A stretch of DNA of 64,000 bases, taken from the NCBI GenBank assembly GCA_964658305.1, contig OZ210885.1, positions 5,952,001 through 6,016,000 of the forward strand, given 5' to 3'. Positions 46,201 through 57,175 of this stretch are shown in pieces. The notes under the pieces are model-generated. The model did not search any database, was not told where the DNA came from, and saw only the letters and a list, made by a program, of their open reading frames with translations. Made by a program: the position numbers and the translations under genes. Origin of the DNA: Leptogorgia sarmentosa (lineage: Eukaryota). Positions within the stretch are counted from its first letter, which is position 1. Every line of letters begins with the position of its first letter.

Positions 46201-49038
46201 TTCAGAGATGCGCATAGCGATGAAACAGGATATAAGTCTGTTTGCAAGGAGATGGAAGAAGTGATGAAGGAAACAGAAGCTATTGTTGCAACACTTGTAC
46301 CTGAACAGTATAAACCAACAGCACGGGAGGCAAAGACCCATGAAATTATTGGTCGACCATTGTATATTACCTGTAACCGCAATGGAGATTTCCTATGGAC
46401 TGGTAAGTTTGAAGTGCAAATCTTCAAACAAGAACTAAGGTTGAAAAGTGACTGAGAAAGTGGTGGTGTTAATTGCTGTGCACCATATTGGTACACTGAA
46501 AGATACTGAAACATGTTAGAAACCAACTACTAACTCAATCATTTTTCACACCTGGGTAGATCATTTCTATTGTCTTTCAAAATCCTAAATACATTTGTCT
46601 TTCTGCAATTTTTGATATGTTAACTTGTTGTTAGAAGCAATTTTTGTGATATGTTTTTCTTGTTCGATAGATGCAGAATATGAGTTTGTCGGAATGGGAG
46701 ACAGACATGTACCTACAAAGTGCTTATCATTAGGAAAATGGGATGACCCTGGTAGGTTCAACTCTACTTTCTCAACTTACGAGAACAAAAGTATGTATTG
46801 TAAAACACTGTAATTGCATCAAAGGCATCATTCTCCCATCCGTCAGGAATTGATGTTATGAAGATCGAACCTGGGAAGAGTGAACAAGCCTTTGTTTGTG
46901 ATAAAGGTAATTCGTGCATACGGTTCATCACAAATGTACATTCCTTCCATGGCGATAAGTTTATTGGCACAGTCAAGATCCATGGTATCCCTTTGTCATG
47001 GAAACCTGAGGCTTTAACTGTCATTCCCAATTCTCGCACAGTTGCAGTTACTGAGTCCACAAAAATCTTCCTGCTGAGTCTAGACCATTCCCTCACCTCA
47101 GGTAAAATGCACCAAGTTATTGATACCTTGAATGTACCATGTGGACTTTGTGTATCTCCAACAACACCAGATTCACTACTTGTGGCAGATGGGAATGATG
47201 TTTTGGAAATTAATTTGAACACCCAAAGTGTTGCTATTGTAGCCCAAAACTTTCGCAAGGCATTTGACATCTCTGTTGATTCCAATGGAACTGTTGCAGT
47301 TACAGATGTAATATCACACAAGTTGCATATTCTTTCATCTAAGAAAGCTGGTCAAATGTTGGAATTACAGTCAACCATTGGCTCAATAAATGGCTGTCTT
47401 GATGGTCCTGCATCTAAAGCACTCCTATCTGAACCCACTGGTGTATGCTTTGACATGGACACAGCAATTGTTTGCTGCTTTGGTGGCAGATCAAATGGAT
47501 GTATTAAACTCCATACCACTGTCACATTTGCTTGTGAGATGATGGAAAGCATAAGGAAAATCTATGATGCAATTGGGTTTCTTCCTAAAGCAGAACAAAA
47601 TAGATTAAGACAGCAACAGTCAAAAATTGTGATTCCATTCCACACAGGCCTTCATAATCTTATTGATTCCCTTGCATACTTACAAGGTATCACCACTAAA
47701 CGGGGAGAGTACCTTAATAGTGCAACAGCTGGTCCTGAGGGTACAGTGTATCATATTTCCTTGAAAGGTTTTGCTGAGGTTGTAAAGGCGTTAGAAACAC
47801 ATGTGCAAGTTTTTAAAATGGTTGGTATGGCTGACACAGTAGACAATATCAATTTGTATGCTTTGCTCAACGAATCCACGAAAGAACATGGCTTTGCCAA
47901 GCACAAGCAATCTGGCCAGTACAGACACCCAACAAAGAAACAGTATGTCCAAAGCAAAGGGCAACATGAAATTGAAACAATCAAGAAAACTTGCAAATGT
48001 CCACATTCTTATCACACTAACAGATTTAGTGCTTACCAACCAACACATGCCTCCAACTTGGCATCAACACTAGTTGTTAGTCAGTACAAGAAATGGAGTC
48101 AGCAGTTTCAACCAGAAGACATGGCCCCCACAGCAGAGATGAAGAAAAGAATGAAAAAGGCAAGAATGCTTAACGTCCTAACAAAAGCAAATCCAACTCA
48201 AAATATCAGAGACCTATATCGATACAAATGTGGATATGGCCCATGCGTTGTTTTCCAAAAGGACGCTCTGTTAGATGATGGCAATAATGATTCTCGCCAT
48301 TACCCCGATTTTGAGAAACTTATGAAGGAATTGGAAGTAAGAAGAGGTGAAACTGTTCCAACAGACAGACGGGTAGAGAGTGGAGATTACCTGTTTGTAC
48401 CTGGTGATATTGTTATCATAAATCCTGGTGTCAATAATGAGATCCCTAGTGCAGACAAGTGGTGGCTTCTGCAAGTAAACAAAGCCCATCATTCAACTAA
48501 AACAGGAAATGCTTGTGTTGTGTATGGATTTTGGCTTGATGAGCAGCTGGAAAGAAAAGATGATTGTAGAGTATTTTCTCTTATGTCAAACGCAGTAAAA
48601 GTATACTTTGGCAGTGTTGTAAAGAATGCAGGGACACCACTCCTTATCCCAGCAAGTGAAATAACGACAGGATGGCAAGGTGGACAAGTGAGTTACGCAT
48701 TCTCAAACGAATACTGTTCCAAGTTAGACCACTTATCAGACCAGCACCGCCTTTCACTGGAAAGCAACAACATCGACACAGAAGAATCTGATTCTGCAGA
48801 GGAAGATGAGATTGATGAAAGTGACAATGATGACAATGACGAAGAACATGATGTGGAGCTGACCTTGTTGACCAGAAACAGAGTTATCGGGAATTCAGAA
48901 GGAAACCGAATATTTTCATACAAAGATCTGGCTGGGGTTGGCAGTAGTGGTAGAAGGGTGCAACGAAGACAGATATCTCAAGTGGAAAAAAATGATGACC
49001 TGGTATCTGCACAAAGGGACAATCCTGAATTTCACTAA
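43286..49038 (+). CDS. Multi-exon ~1600-aa transposase: exons ~43286-43661, 43932-44630, 45101-46402, 46671-49038 (frame break near 46750-46860)
   Basis: Phase-compatible GT-AG junctions; FPGPSVSTL, HYDGMPL, SSDQAPSQRK, LLHFAKNCISSL, LNESTKEHGF in P/THAP9 order; FSHPSGI, WKPEAL, VPCGL, SEPTGV NHL-type repeats. Confidence 0.75.
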
Positions 49039-50202
49039 TTGTATTGTACACATAAGAATGACAAACTTTTTAATAATAATTTAGGCATGGGTGGTATGGG
49101 TGATATTTAGACATTTAAATTTGTTGAGTTCCAATGTATACCTCATTGTTGTTGCATCTCAAAAAAAAATTTTTCTTGAATGATATCTTCGTTACTTGTA
49201 GTGCTATAACTGCTGTTCTGTTTTGCTCACTTTTGCCTGAACTTGCCTGACATTGGTGAAACCCTCATAAAACCGGGAGAGCCTAATCATATTATAATCA
49301 TGATTAGTCATACTCACAGCCACTGGTCATAGCAGCGATTAAGAGGCATTTCCATATTAAAAATTCTGAAACTTAATCTCTAATCCTGATCTAAAACCAA
49401 CCCCAGTTCTAACCCTATTGTTTATTGTATTGGTAATCCTGACTAATCCTAGTGATTATCTTTGGGGTGTAATGATATATGAAAGTGATTCTAAAAACAA
49501 TTACGAGACGAAAGAATTTATCGACAGAAATAGTTAATTATTAAGTTCGGTCCCAATCGCACCATTGCACGGAAATCAATATGGCGGCCAATATGGGCAA
49601 TGTAAATTTCAGGATTTAGCAATTTAAAATGTTCCTGTCTGGCCAATTCGTCACGTATGGTTATGTATGATGTAGGACCACTATAGTTTATAAATGTATT
49701 GACATCCGCAACGGAATCATGTTTGAATGCAGTATGCAGACAGGATGTAAGTGTATTTTGTAAAGCAGTATCCAGTATGTCACACATGGAAGTGATAAAT
49801 ATCTTAAAATTATATGTGAATATATTCTAATTTATTTGGTTTATGCAAATTTCATTTGCAATGCAAATTTCATTTGCATGTTAAACATAAAGTTTTCAGA
49901 CTGCTACAGTGAACTTGCATACATATTTATACCACCTTCATTTGCTATTTGAAAAAGCATTTCACTTTCAAGTCCAAAACTGTTCAAAATAGTAATATGT
50001 AGGTATACTTTGTGGATAGTATATGAGAATGAATAGAGTTTTGATATTTTTTCCATTTCATCGATATATTGACGTTGACGGAATTAGGTTCTAAGGAATG
50101 ACCCCAGGCCCTGGCAAGGAGCTAGGGCTATTACAGCTATAAGTTCAGCTATGTTCTAGTGTTTCTGCTGCACAAAAAAGAAGATCTGTACTATGCTTTG
50201 CA

Positions 50203-52068
50203 TTGATCCAGTTGTTTGAAGCAATCCATCCGAGGATTGTCATGGAGGCAACACGTGTAAATGAGAGCTCTGGTTGTGAAGCTTTATCACAAAATAAAAG
50301 TACATCTGATGAAATAGTAGAGGATTTCCAAATAAAGAAATCCTTGATAGTAACAGAGAAGGGGAAATTCAAGTGGATTGGAACGTTTGAAAACCTAATA
50401 AAGCTGATGAAAGAGCTGACTGGCGAAGTTGGTTGGAATTCGCCCGGTGGCGACTGTAAAATGTTGAAAACTGACGGGGTCGAAGTGCGATGGTATTCCA
50501 CGAGTAATTCTCTGACTATAAATGGTGAGGCTAGGGAAGAAATGAAAGCTCAGCTTCGAGTCATTACAAATATAGATCATCTTCAAAATAAAGTATTTGA
50601 CGAGAATGCCCTAGGCGAAGGCGTCGATTATAATGGCCGAACATGTTTGGCGAATTCAACCGAACAGTCTGATGATTATAAAATTGAATCACTATTATAT
50701 GTCATTCAGAGACTTGAAGAGAACTTTCAACTGAAGTTTAGTGATCTTAAGACCGAAATTCAAGAAATAAAACGAGATTTACAGCTCGAGCGACCCGTTG
50801 AGAAGAGTATGGCTGCTGAGAATACCTCGATAAACAATAGTGATTTGCTCGTTGGGGAATATATAGAATCTATTAAAAATGAGAACGACAAGCTGAAGAA
50901 AGAAAACACTGTATTACAGGGAGAAATGAACAGTTATAAAATGATTGCATCAGATCTGAACGTAAAAATAGAGGAATTAACGTGCGAGAAAAAAAGCTTG
51001 GTCACTGCAATAAAAATTCTACAAGAAGATCAAACTCAACACAATCAGTGGAATGTCATTAAGAACAGTAAGACAATTAAGCATAACAAAGAAGGTCATG
51101 CTAATAAAGCGAGTGAACAAAGGGTGCAAAGTTCAGCACTGTCTACAAATCGTTATGCAATGTTAAATATCAGCGATACTGAAGAAGATGAATCGTTCAG
51201 CGTTAAAAACAAATCGCGTGAACAACAAACTAAGTCAAACATGGGTGAAGTCGAAACACGTAAAAATGCATCTAAAAATGTTAACGGGGAGAATGATATA
51301 ACAGAGAACGATGACCAAACAACTCAAAAGAGCAAGGAACAAAAGAAAAGCAGCGCGAAGCGTAAAAATAATCGTTCAATTCTAAATATCAGCGATCCTG
51401 AAGAAGATGAACCGTTAAGAGTTAGAATCAAATCGTGTGAACAACAACCTAAGAGTTCAAACATCGGCGAAGGCCAAAGACGTAAAAATGCGTCTAAAAA
51501 TGTTAGCGGGGTGAATGATATATCAGAGAGCGATGATCAAAAGCAAAGCCGCGCCAAGTGTAAAAATAATCCTTCAGTTCTCGTTATGGGAGACTCGATG
51601 CTGAAACATCTATCGCAACAAAAGATTAGCAGATCAACAAACGCTAAAGTGAAAGTCAAGTCCTTTTCAGGGGCTACTATTATCGATATGAAAGACCATG
51701 TAAAACCGGGATTGAGAACAAATCCTGATAACGTTATCCTACACATAGGAACAAACGATATAAGAAGCAAAGAGGCTCCTGTAATTGTTGACCAGCTTGT
51801 CGAATTGTGTGACCAGATTAAGAAGAGCAACCCAAAAACAAAAGTATCAATATCAGAAATCATAAAAAGGGATGATAATGAGGTATTTCAAACAAAAGTT
51901 GATGCGGTAAACAAACTTTTGAAAGTTAATTTTAGTAAATCCCAAGTTAGTGTCTTGGGACACGCTAATATAGATAAAAGAGGTCTAAACAGATATGGAC
52001 TTCATCTTAATCGTTCGGGTACATCTTTGCTAGCCAAGAATCTAATTGAACATATCAAGTGTTTTTGA
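50203..52068 (+). CDS. LINE ORF1 with coiled coil and C-terminal SGNH/GDSL esterase domain (first ATG at 50242)
   Basis: VMGDSM, SFSGAT, HIGTND, GLHLNRSG. Confidence 0.9.
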   Translation: MIQLFEAIHPRIVMEATRVNESSGCEALSQNKSTSDEIVEDFQIKKSLIVTEKGKFKWIGTFENLIKLMKELTGEVGWNSPGGDCKMLKTDGVEVRWYSTSNSLTINGEAREEMKAQLRVITNIDHLQNKVFDENALGEGVDYNGRTCLANSTEQSDDYKIESLLYVIQRLEENFQLKFSDLKTEIQEIKRDLQLERPVEKSMAAENTSINNSDLLVGEYIESIKNENDKLKKENTVLQGEMNSYKMIASDLNVKIEELTCEKKSLVTAIKILQEDQTQHNQWNVIKNSKTIKHNKEGHANKASEQRVQSSALSTNRYAMLNISDTEEDESFSVKNKSREQQTKSNMGEVETRKNASKNVNGENDITENDDQTTQKSKEQKKSSAKRKNNRSILNISDPEEDEPLRVRIKSCEQQPKSSNIGEGQRRKNASKNVSGVNDISESDDQKQSRAKCKNNPSVLVMGDSMLKHLSQQKISRSTNAKVKVKSFSGATIIDMKDHVKPGLRTNPDNVILHIGTNDIRSKEAPVIVDQLVELCDQIKKSNPKTKVSISEIIKRDDNEVFQTKVDAVNKLLKVNFSKSQVSVLGHANIDKRGLNRYGLHLNRSGTSLLAKNLIEHIKCF

Positions 52069-55021
52069 TAATAATTTAGATGCAATTCCAGACTTTGGTG
52101 GGCTTGACCCAACTGTTAATAATTTAATAGCGATTAATAACTTAAATCAAACAGAAATAGTATCAGATAATTCATGTGAAAATGAAAATTTAATCCAGGC
52201 TCAGCTGAAAAAACTTAAAGGTTTCCGTGTAGGCCATTTAAATATTACTTCACTGACGAAACATATAGAACAATTAAGGTTTTACCTTTATGATAAACCG
52301 TTTGATATTTTCAGTATAAATGAGACTAGACTGAATAATAGTATAGATGATAGAGCACAGTTGGAAGGATATAATGTAATTAGGAAAGATCGATCACGTG
52401 AAGGAGGTGGCGTTGCTATATATTACAGGGATCATTTAAATGTTAAAGAGCGCAATGATTTAATCCCTGCTGAAATTGAAGCAATCTGTATTGAAATTTT
52501 CAAACCTAAATTAAAGCCTATACTTGTTACAACCCTGTATAGGCCACCGAATACTCGATCTGAAATATTTGATGTAATTAAACAACTTGTTGAAAACCTA
52601 GATGCGGAAAATAAGGAAACGATTCTGGTGGGTGATTTTAATTGTGATCTGCTGCCAGATAATAAAACCTCCTTTACCAATCGATTAGTTGATATAATAA
52701 ATCTATTTCAACTCACTCAGGTGATTGAGGAACCAACTCGAATCACTTCAGACACGCAAACACTATTGGACCTGTTCATAACCAATAAGCCCGAGAATAT
52801 TATTAATTCTGGGGTTGTGCAATTGGGGATCAGTGACCATAATCTCATATTTGGTTGTAGAAAATTATCTTTGGGTAAAAATCAGCCTAAAATTGTTGAA
52901 ACCAGAAATTATAAGTATTATAAATCTTTTGAGTTTAAGCATGACCTTTTGGTTTCCCTTTCGAATTGTGATTGGGCGTACACTGATAATCCGAATGCAC
53001 TATGGGAACAATTTAGGGACAGGTTCAACGAAGTCGCTGAAATACATGCTCCAATTAGACAAAGGCGAGTCAGAAGTAAATACGCACCTTGGTTAAATAA
53101 TGAGATAAAAAACCTCATGAATTTTCGTGATGTTATGAAAAGGAAAGCTGTAAAAACCAAATCTAGCTTTTATAATGATGCCTATAAAATTGCCAGGAAC
53201 AAATTGAATAAACTTATTGAGAACACTAAAACAAAATATTTCCAGCAGGTTATAAGTGACTCTAAAAATAATTCAAAGGAATTGTGGAGAAATATTAATC
53301 AGATGATCAACAAAAGTTCAAAAACAACGAATGTAACTAGTGTTAAATTTAATGAAAATATAGCGACAGATAGTGGTGATATGGCTGAAATATTTAACAA
53401 TTATTTTACTAAAGTGGGAATAGATTTATCAAAGCAGATTCCTAAAGGTTCCAAAAGGTTCGAAGATTATATAAAACCAGTTAATTGTATCTTTGAGTTC
53501 AAAATAATTTCTGTTGGTGAAGTAGAAGCAGTATTGAATAAACTCAAAACATCCAAGTCGTGTGGACAGGATAAAATACCTTCAACATTATTAAAGGATT
53601 CGTGTGAGATATCTGCCTATTACCTAACATTTATATATAATTGTTCTCTTGCTACTGGTATCTTTCCTGATGATTGGAAAGTTGCCAGAATTTCTCCCAT
53701 TTATAAATCTGGTGATAAGCAAGAGTGTGGAAATTATCGGCCAATATCAGTCTTGTCTGTCGCTGCTAAAGTATTTGAAAAATTGATGAGTGATCAACTA
53801 AATGGCTATTTGAGAAAGGAAAATATTTTGACTAAATCTCAATCAGGATTTAGGAAAGGCCATTCCACCACATCTTCTCTACTTAGCACGACAAACTCTT
53901 GGCTTATTAATATGGATTCTGGCCTAATTAATGGAGTTCTTTTCCTCGATCTCAAAAAGGCATTTGACACAGTTGACCACCAGATTTTAATCAGAAAACT
54001 AGAATTATACGGAATTAGAAATATTGCGCTAGCATTGCTTTCCTCATATTTAGATAGAAGAACACAAGTATGTAGAGTAAATAATGTCACCTCATCATCC
54101 AAATACGTATCATGCGGTGTTCCACAAGGGTCTAACTTGGGCCCTTTATTATTCCTTTTATATGTAAATGACTTGCCAAATTGCCTAAATAAATCTATGC
54201 CTGCTATGTATGCGGATGATACTAACCTATCTGTGACGGGAACCTCAGCTACTGATGTAGAGATGAAATTAAATTGTGAGTTAGAATTAGTACATGATTG
54301 GCTAGTTGCAAATAAATTAACTCTGAATGTTGAGAAGACCGAATATATGATCATTGGATCATATAAGAAGCTTAGCAACATTCAGAACCAGAGTGAAATT
54401 AAAATAAAGCTTGGAGGTAAGGAAATTACCCGCACAAACGCTACCAAAAGTTTAGGGGTTATAATTGACGAGCACTTAAGGTGGAAAGAACAAATTGATA
54501 GTATCAGCACCAAGGTGTCAAGAGCTATTGGAATTATTAGACGCGTAAAAAAATATGTTTCACAAGAAACGTTAGAGCTAATGTATTGTTCCTTAGTTCT
54601 CCCGTATTTTGATTATTGTTCTCTTGTCTGGGATAATTGTAGTCAGACGTTAAAAGATAAAGTACAAAAGTTACAAAACAGAGCGGCAAGAGTTATAACT
54701 GGAGATAATTATGATATTCGATCGAGTGACATTCTCAAAAAGTTAGGATGGAAGAATCTCCAGGATAGACGAAACTCGCAAACTATCAATTATGTTACAC
54801 AGGCTCTTTTTAAAAAATGTCCTGAAGGGATTAATCAAATGTTTCATGTTAGTGATAATGACAACTATAATCTTCGGAGCAATGACTTGGTGCTGGGGCT
54901 ATCAAAACCAAATACAAATGCAATGAAAAGATCCTTTAGTTATGCGGCCGCCAAAATCTGGAATTCGCAAAGTAAAACTAAGAGAGTCGAGATAATTAGT
55001 AGCGTTAGAAATTGTAGTTAA
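52046..55021 (+). CDS. LINE ORF2: APE endonuclease plus reverse transcriptase
   Basis: NETRL, GDFN, SDH; YRPIS, DLKKAFD, GVPQGS, YADD. Confidence 0.96.
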   Translation: MNISSVFDNNLDAIPDFGGLDPTVNNLIAINNLNQTEIVSDNSCENENLIQAQLKKLKGFRVGHLNITSLTKHIEQLRFYLYDKPFDIFSINETRLNNSIDDRAQLEGYNVIRKDRSREGGGVAIYYRDHLNVKERNDLIPAEIEAICIEIFKPKLKPILVTTLYRPPNTRSEIFDVIKQLVENLDAENKETILVGDFNCDLLPDNKTSFTNRLVDIINLFQLTQVIEEPTRITSDTQTLLDLFITNKPENIINSGVVQLGISDHNLIFGCRKLSLGKNQPKIVETRNYKYYKSFEFKHDLLVSLSNCDWAYTDNPNALWEQFRDRFNEVAEIHAPIRQRRVRSKYAPWLNNEIKNLMNFRDVMKRKAVKTKSSFYNDAYKIARNKLNKLIENTKTKYFQQVISDSKNNSKELWRNINQMINKSSKTTNVTSVKFNENIATDSGDMAEIFNNYFTKVGIDLSKQIPKGSKRFEDYIKPVNCIFEFKIISVGEVEAVLNKLKTSKSCGQDKIPSTLLKDSCEISAYYLTFIYNCSLATGIFPDDWKVARISPIYKSGDKQECGNYRPISVLSVAAKVFEKLMSDQLNGYLRKENILTKSQSGFRKGHSTTSSLLSTTNSWLINMDSGLINGVLFLDLKKAFDTVDHQILIRKLELYGIRNIALALLSSYLDRRTQVCRVNNVTSSSKYVSCGVPQGSNLGPLLFLLYVNDLPNCLNKSMPAMYADDTNLSVTGTSATDVEMKLNCELELVHDWLVANKLTLNVEKTEYMIIGSYKKLSNIQNQSEIKIKLGGKEITRTNATKSLGVIIDEHLRWKEQIDSISTKVSRAIGIIRRVKKYVSQETLELMYCSLVLPYFDYCSLVWDNCSQTLKDKVQKLQNRAARVITGDNYDIRSSDILKKLGWKNLQDRRNSQTINYVTQALFKKCPEGINQMFHVSDNDNYNLRSNDLVLGLSKPNTNAMKRSFSYAAAKIWNSQSKTKRVEIISSVRNCS

Positions 55022-56494
55022 GTAGTGTGTATATTATATAGTTTGTTTAAATTTTTATAGTAAGCCTAACGTATAGATATGTAAGTAGTCGTAAATACAC
55101 GGCCCTTTGAAAATCAGCACTTATTATTTGTACATTTTTCAGCTGAAAGGCTACCGTGTTTAAATATTTTTAAATAAATAAATAAATAAATAAAAGGCCA
55201 TGTTTTCAATGGGCTGAGTGCCAGGTAGTCTCGACAGAGAGAAATTGCTAACTTTTAATATATAGCCTAATTATTAAATGTTAGGCATTGCCTTATATAT
55301 ACCAAAAATCAAGAAAGCCTATAAAAATTAACCAATTACTCAAGGATAGGGTAGATATAAGAAGGTAATGCTGGTTGACACTACCTGACATTGGGCAATG
55401 ATGTGCGCTAATAGGCGGCATTGGGTGACAATGGGCGACAATGGGCGACATTAGGCGACATTAGGCGACATTAGGCGACATTGGCCCCCAAAGTAGGCCT
55501 ATTCATAGCGTGCTTACTGATCGATCGAGCGAATTTGCTAGCGAATACTCCGAGATTTCTTTGTAGTTTTTGAGGACTTCCTGTCGTTTTTTGAAATTTC
55601 TTTTATTTTAACATCTTGTTAAAATATTATTTGATATAATAATGGGAAATCCGCAAAATAGAAAGATAAAAAAAGAAGAGAATTCCACCACGAAAGGGAA
55701 ACAAGAAATTCAAAGATGGCGGCCAACCATCTCAGTCATCTCCCCAAAACACGGGGGCTTCCCACACCAAACTTGCTGATTCACAAGACAAATTTGGTGT
55801 GAATCGTCGCGTTACTGACTCCGTCAAAGAAGGCACCGTATTCATGGATGTAGAGGCACTTTTTTTGGTCTTTGATGAAGTACTGAGATGCCTTGACTGT
55901 GGCAACCATATGACATCTCATGTGGATATCAAGAAAAAAAATGGGTTTTCGCATTATATCGTTCTACAATGCAACAATCCTGAATGTGACTGGAAGCATT
56001 GCTTTCATACATCCCAGAAGCAAGGTCACTCATACAATGTAAACACAAGAGCAGTGTTAGCATTCAGGGAGATTGGTCGAGGACACAGTGCAATGGTGAC
56101 ATTCACTAAAGTCATGAACATGCCATCACCACCAACTTCCAGTAACTTCATGAAGATTCAAAACAATAAACTATTGCCTGTTGTGAAGCAATTGGCAAAT
56201 GACAGTATGGTGACTAATGCTACAAATGTCAAAGAAGTTTGTGATAATGATATGGGAGAGTGTGGGATCTCCCTCGATGGAAGTTGGCAAAGACGAGGCC
56301 ATACTTCGCACAATGGTGTTGTTACTGCTATATCATTAGACACAAAGAAATGTCTGGATGTAGAAATCATGTCAGATAAGTGCAAGGCATGCCAGAAATG
56401 GGGAGAGTAAATGACCCTAAATACCCAGAGTGGAAAGCTAACCACAACTGTAAGATTAATCATACTGGGAGCGCAAACAGCATGGAAGCATGAA

Positions 56495-56915
56495 CCCAAA
56501 ATAGATATTCTACACTAGCAATATCTGGACCCCAAGCTATAGAAGAGAATGTCGAAGCCATCAAAGGCAAGCCAGTGGACAAGGTCAAACATCAACATCA
56601 ACACAAGACGTCGATAAGTCGAGCGATAAACCGAAATCAGTTTTGATTATTGGAGACTCTATAATTAAGCACATATAGACCCCCGAAAACTCTCCAAAAT
56701 GACAGTCTATAAGCGGTCGTTTCCAGGTAAAAGAGTCGAAGAAATACATGATGAAATAGACAATAATACAAACAAATGATGAACTATCGCGTACGTAATT
56801 ATCAATGCAGGTACGAATAATCTACCATCCGAAAGCGTAGACTCATGTGTTCGAAAAATACAAAAGCTGGCTTTGAAGACTTGCAGAAAATTTAAAAACT
56901 CAAAGATTGGAATAC
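56495..56915 (+). pseudogene. Esterase-type LINE ORF1 fragment
   Basis: VLIIGDSIIKHI/DPRKLSK..KRSFPG...INAGTNNL. Confidence 0.7.
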
Positions 56916-57175
56916 CGACTCTCATACTCAATACTTGCCTTTATTAGTCGGGCACTAGAATGAATATATATATATTAATGAATAAATAAAAATTTCAATT
57001 CGATTGAAAGCAGCTGAGAACAGCTGAGAATCATTTCAATCTTTGTAAAGATTTATTATTCTAAGCCAATAAATTCTAAGTCATATTGCTCGAATTTCGT
57101 CCGCGCGGACTTCACCTTGAGAAATTCCGCGCCGATTGGCGCGCGATTTGACTTGTAATACAAACAAAGAAACAA

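Larger units (their letters stand above)
50111..55194 (+). mobile_element. Full-length CR1/L2-type LINE
   Basis: Two overlapping intact ORFs, (AAAT)n tail, AGGCC at 50106-50110 and 55195-55199 as probable TSD. Confidence 0.93.
42180..55499 (+). mobile_element. 13.3-kb (~8.2 kb without the LINE) TIR DNA transposon encoding a P-element-like transposase with NHL repeats
   Basis: Perfect 35-bp TIR GGCCTACTTTGGGGGCCAATGTCGCCTAATGTCGC; TATTCATA duplicated at 42172-42179 and 55500-55507; subterminal GGCGACATT decamers. Confidence 0.9.
41832..56495 (+). mobile_element. Kolobok-type (Mutator-like family) DNA transposon remnant interrupted by the 13.3-kb element
   Basis: Probable left end ATAA|GGTGGTTATATCCC; transposase at ~55642-56495 with CxxC, ISLDGSWQRRGHTSHNG, DVEIMSDKCKAC, broken by frameshift/stop. 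Confidence 0.65.
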
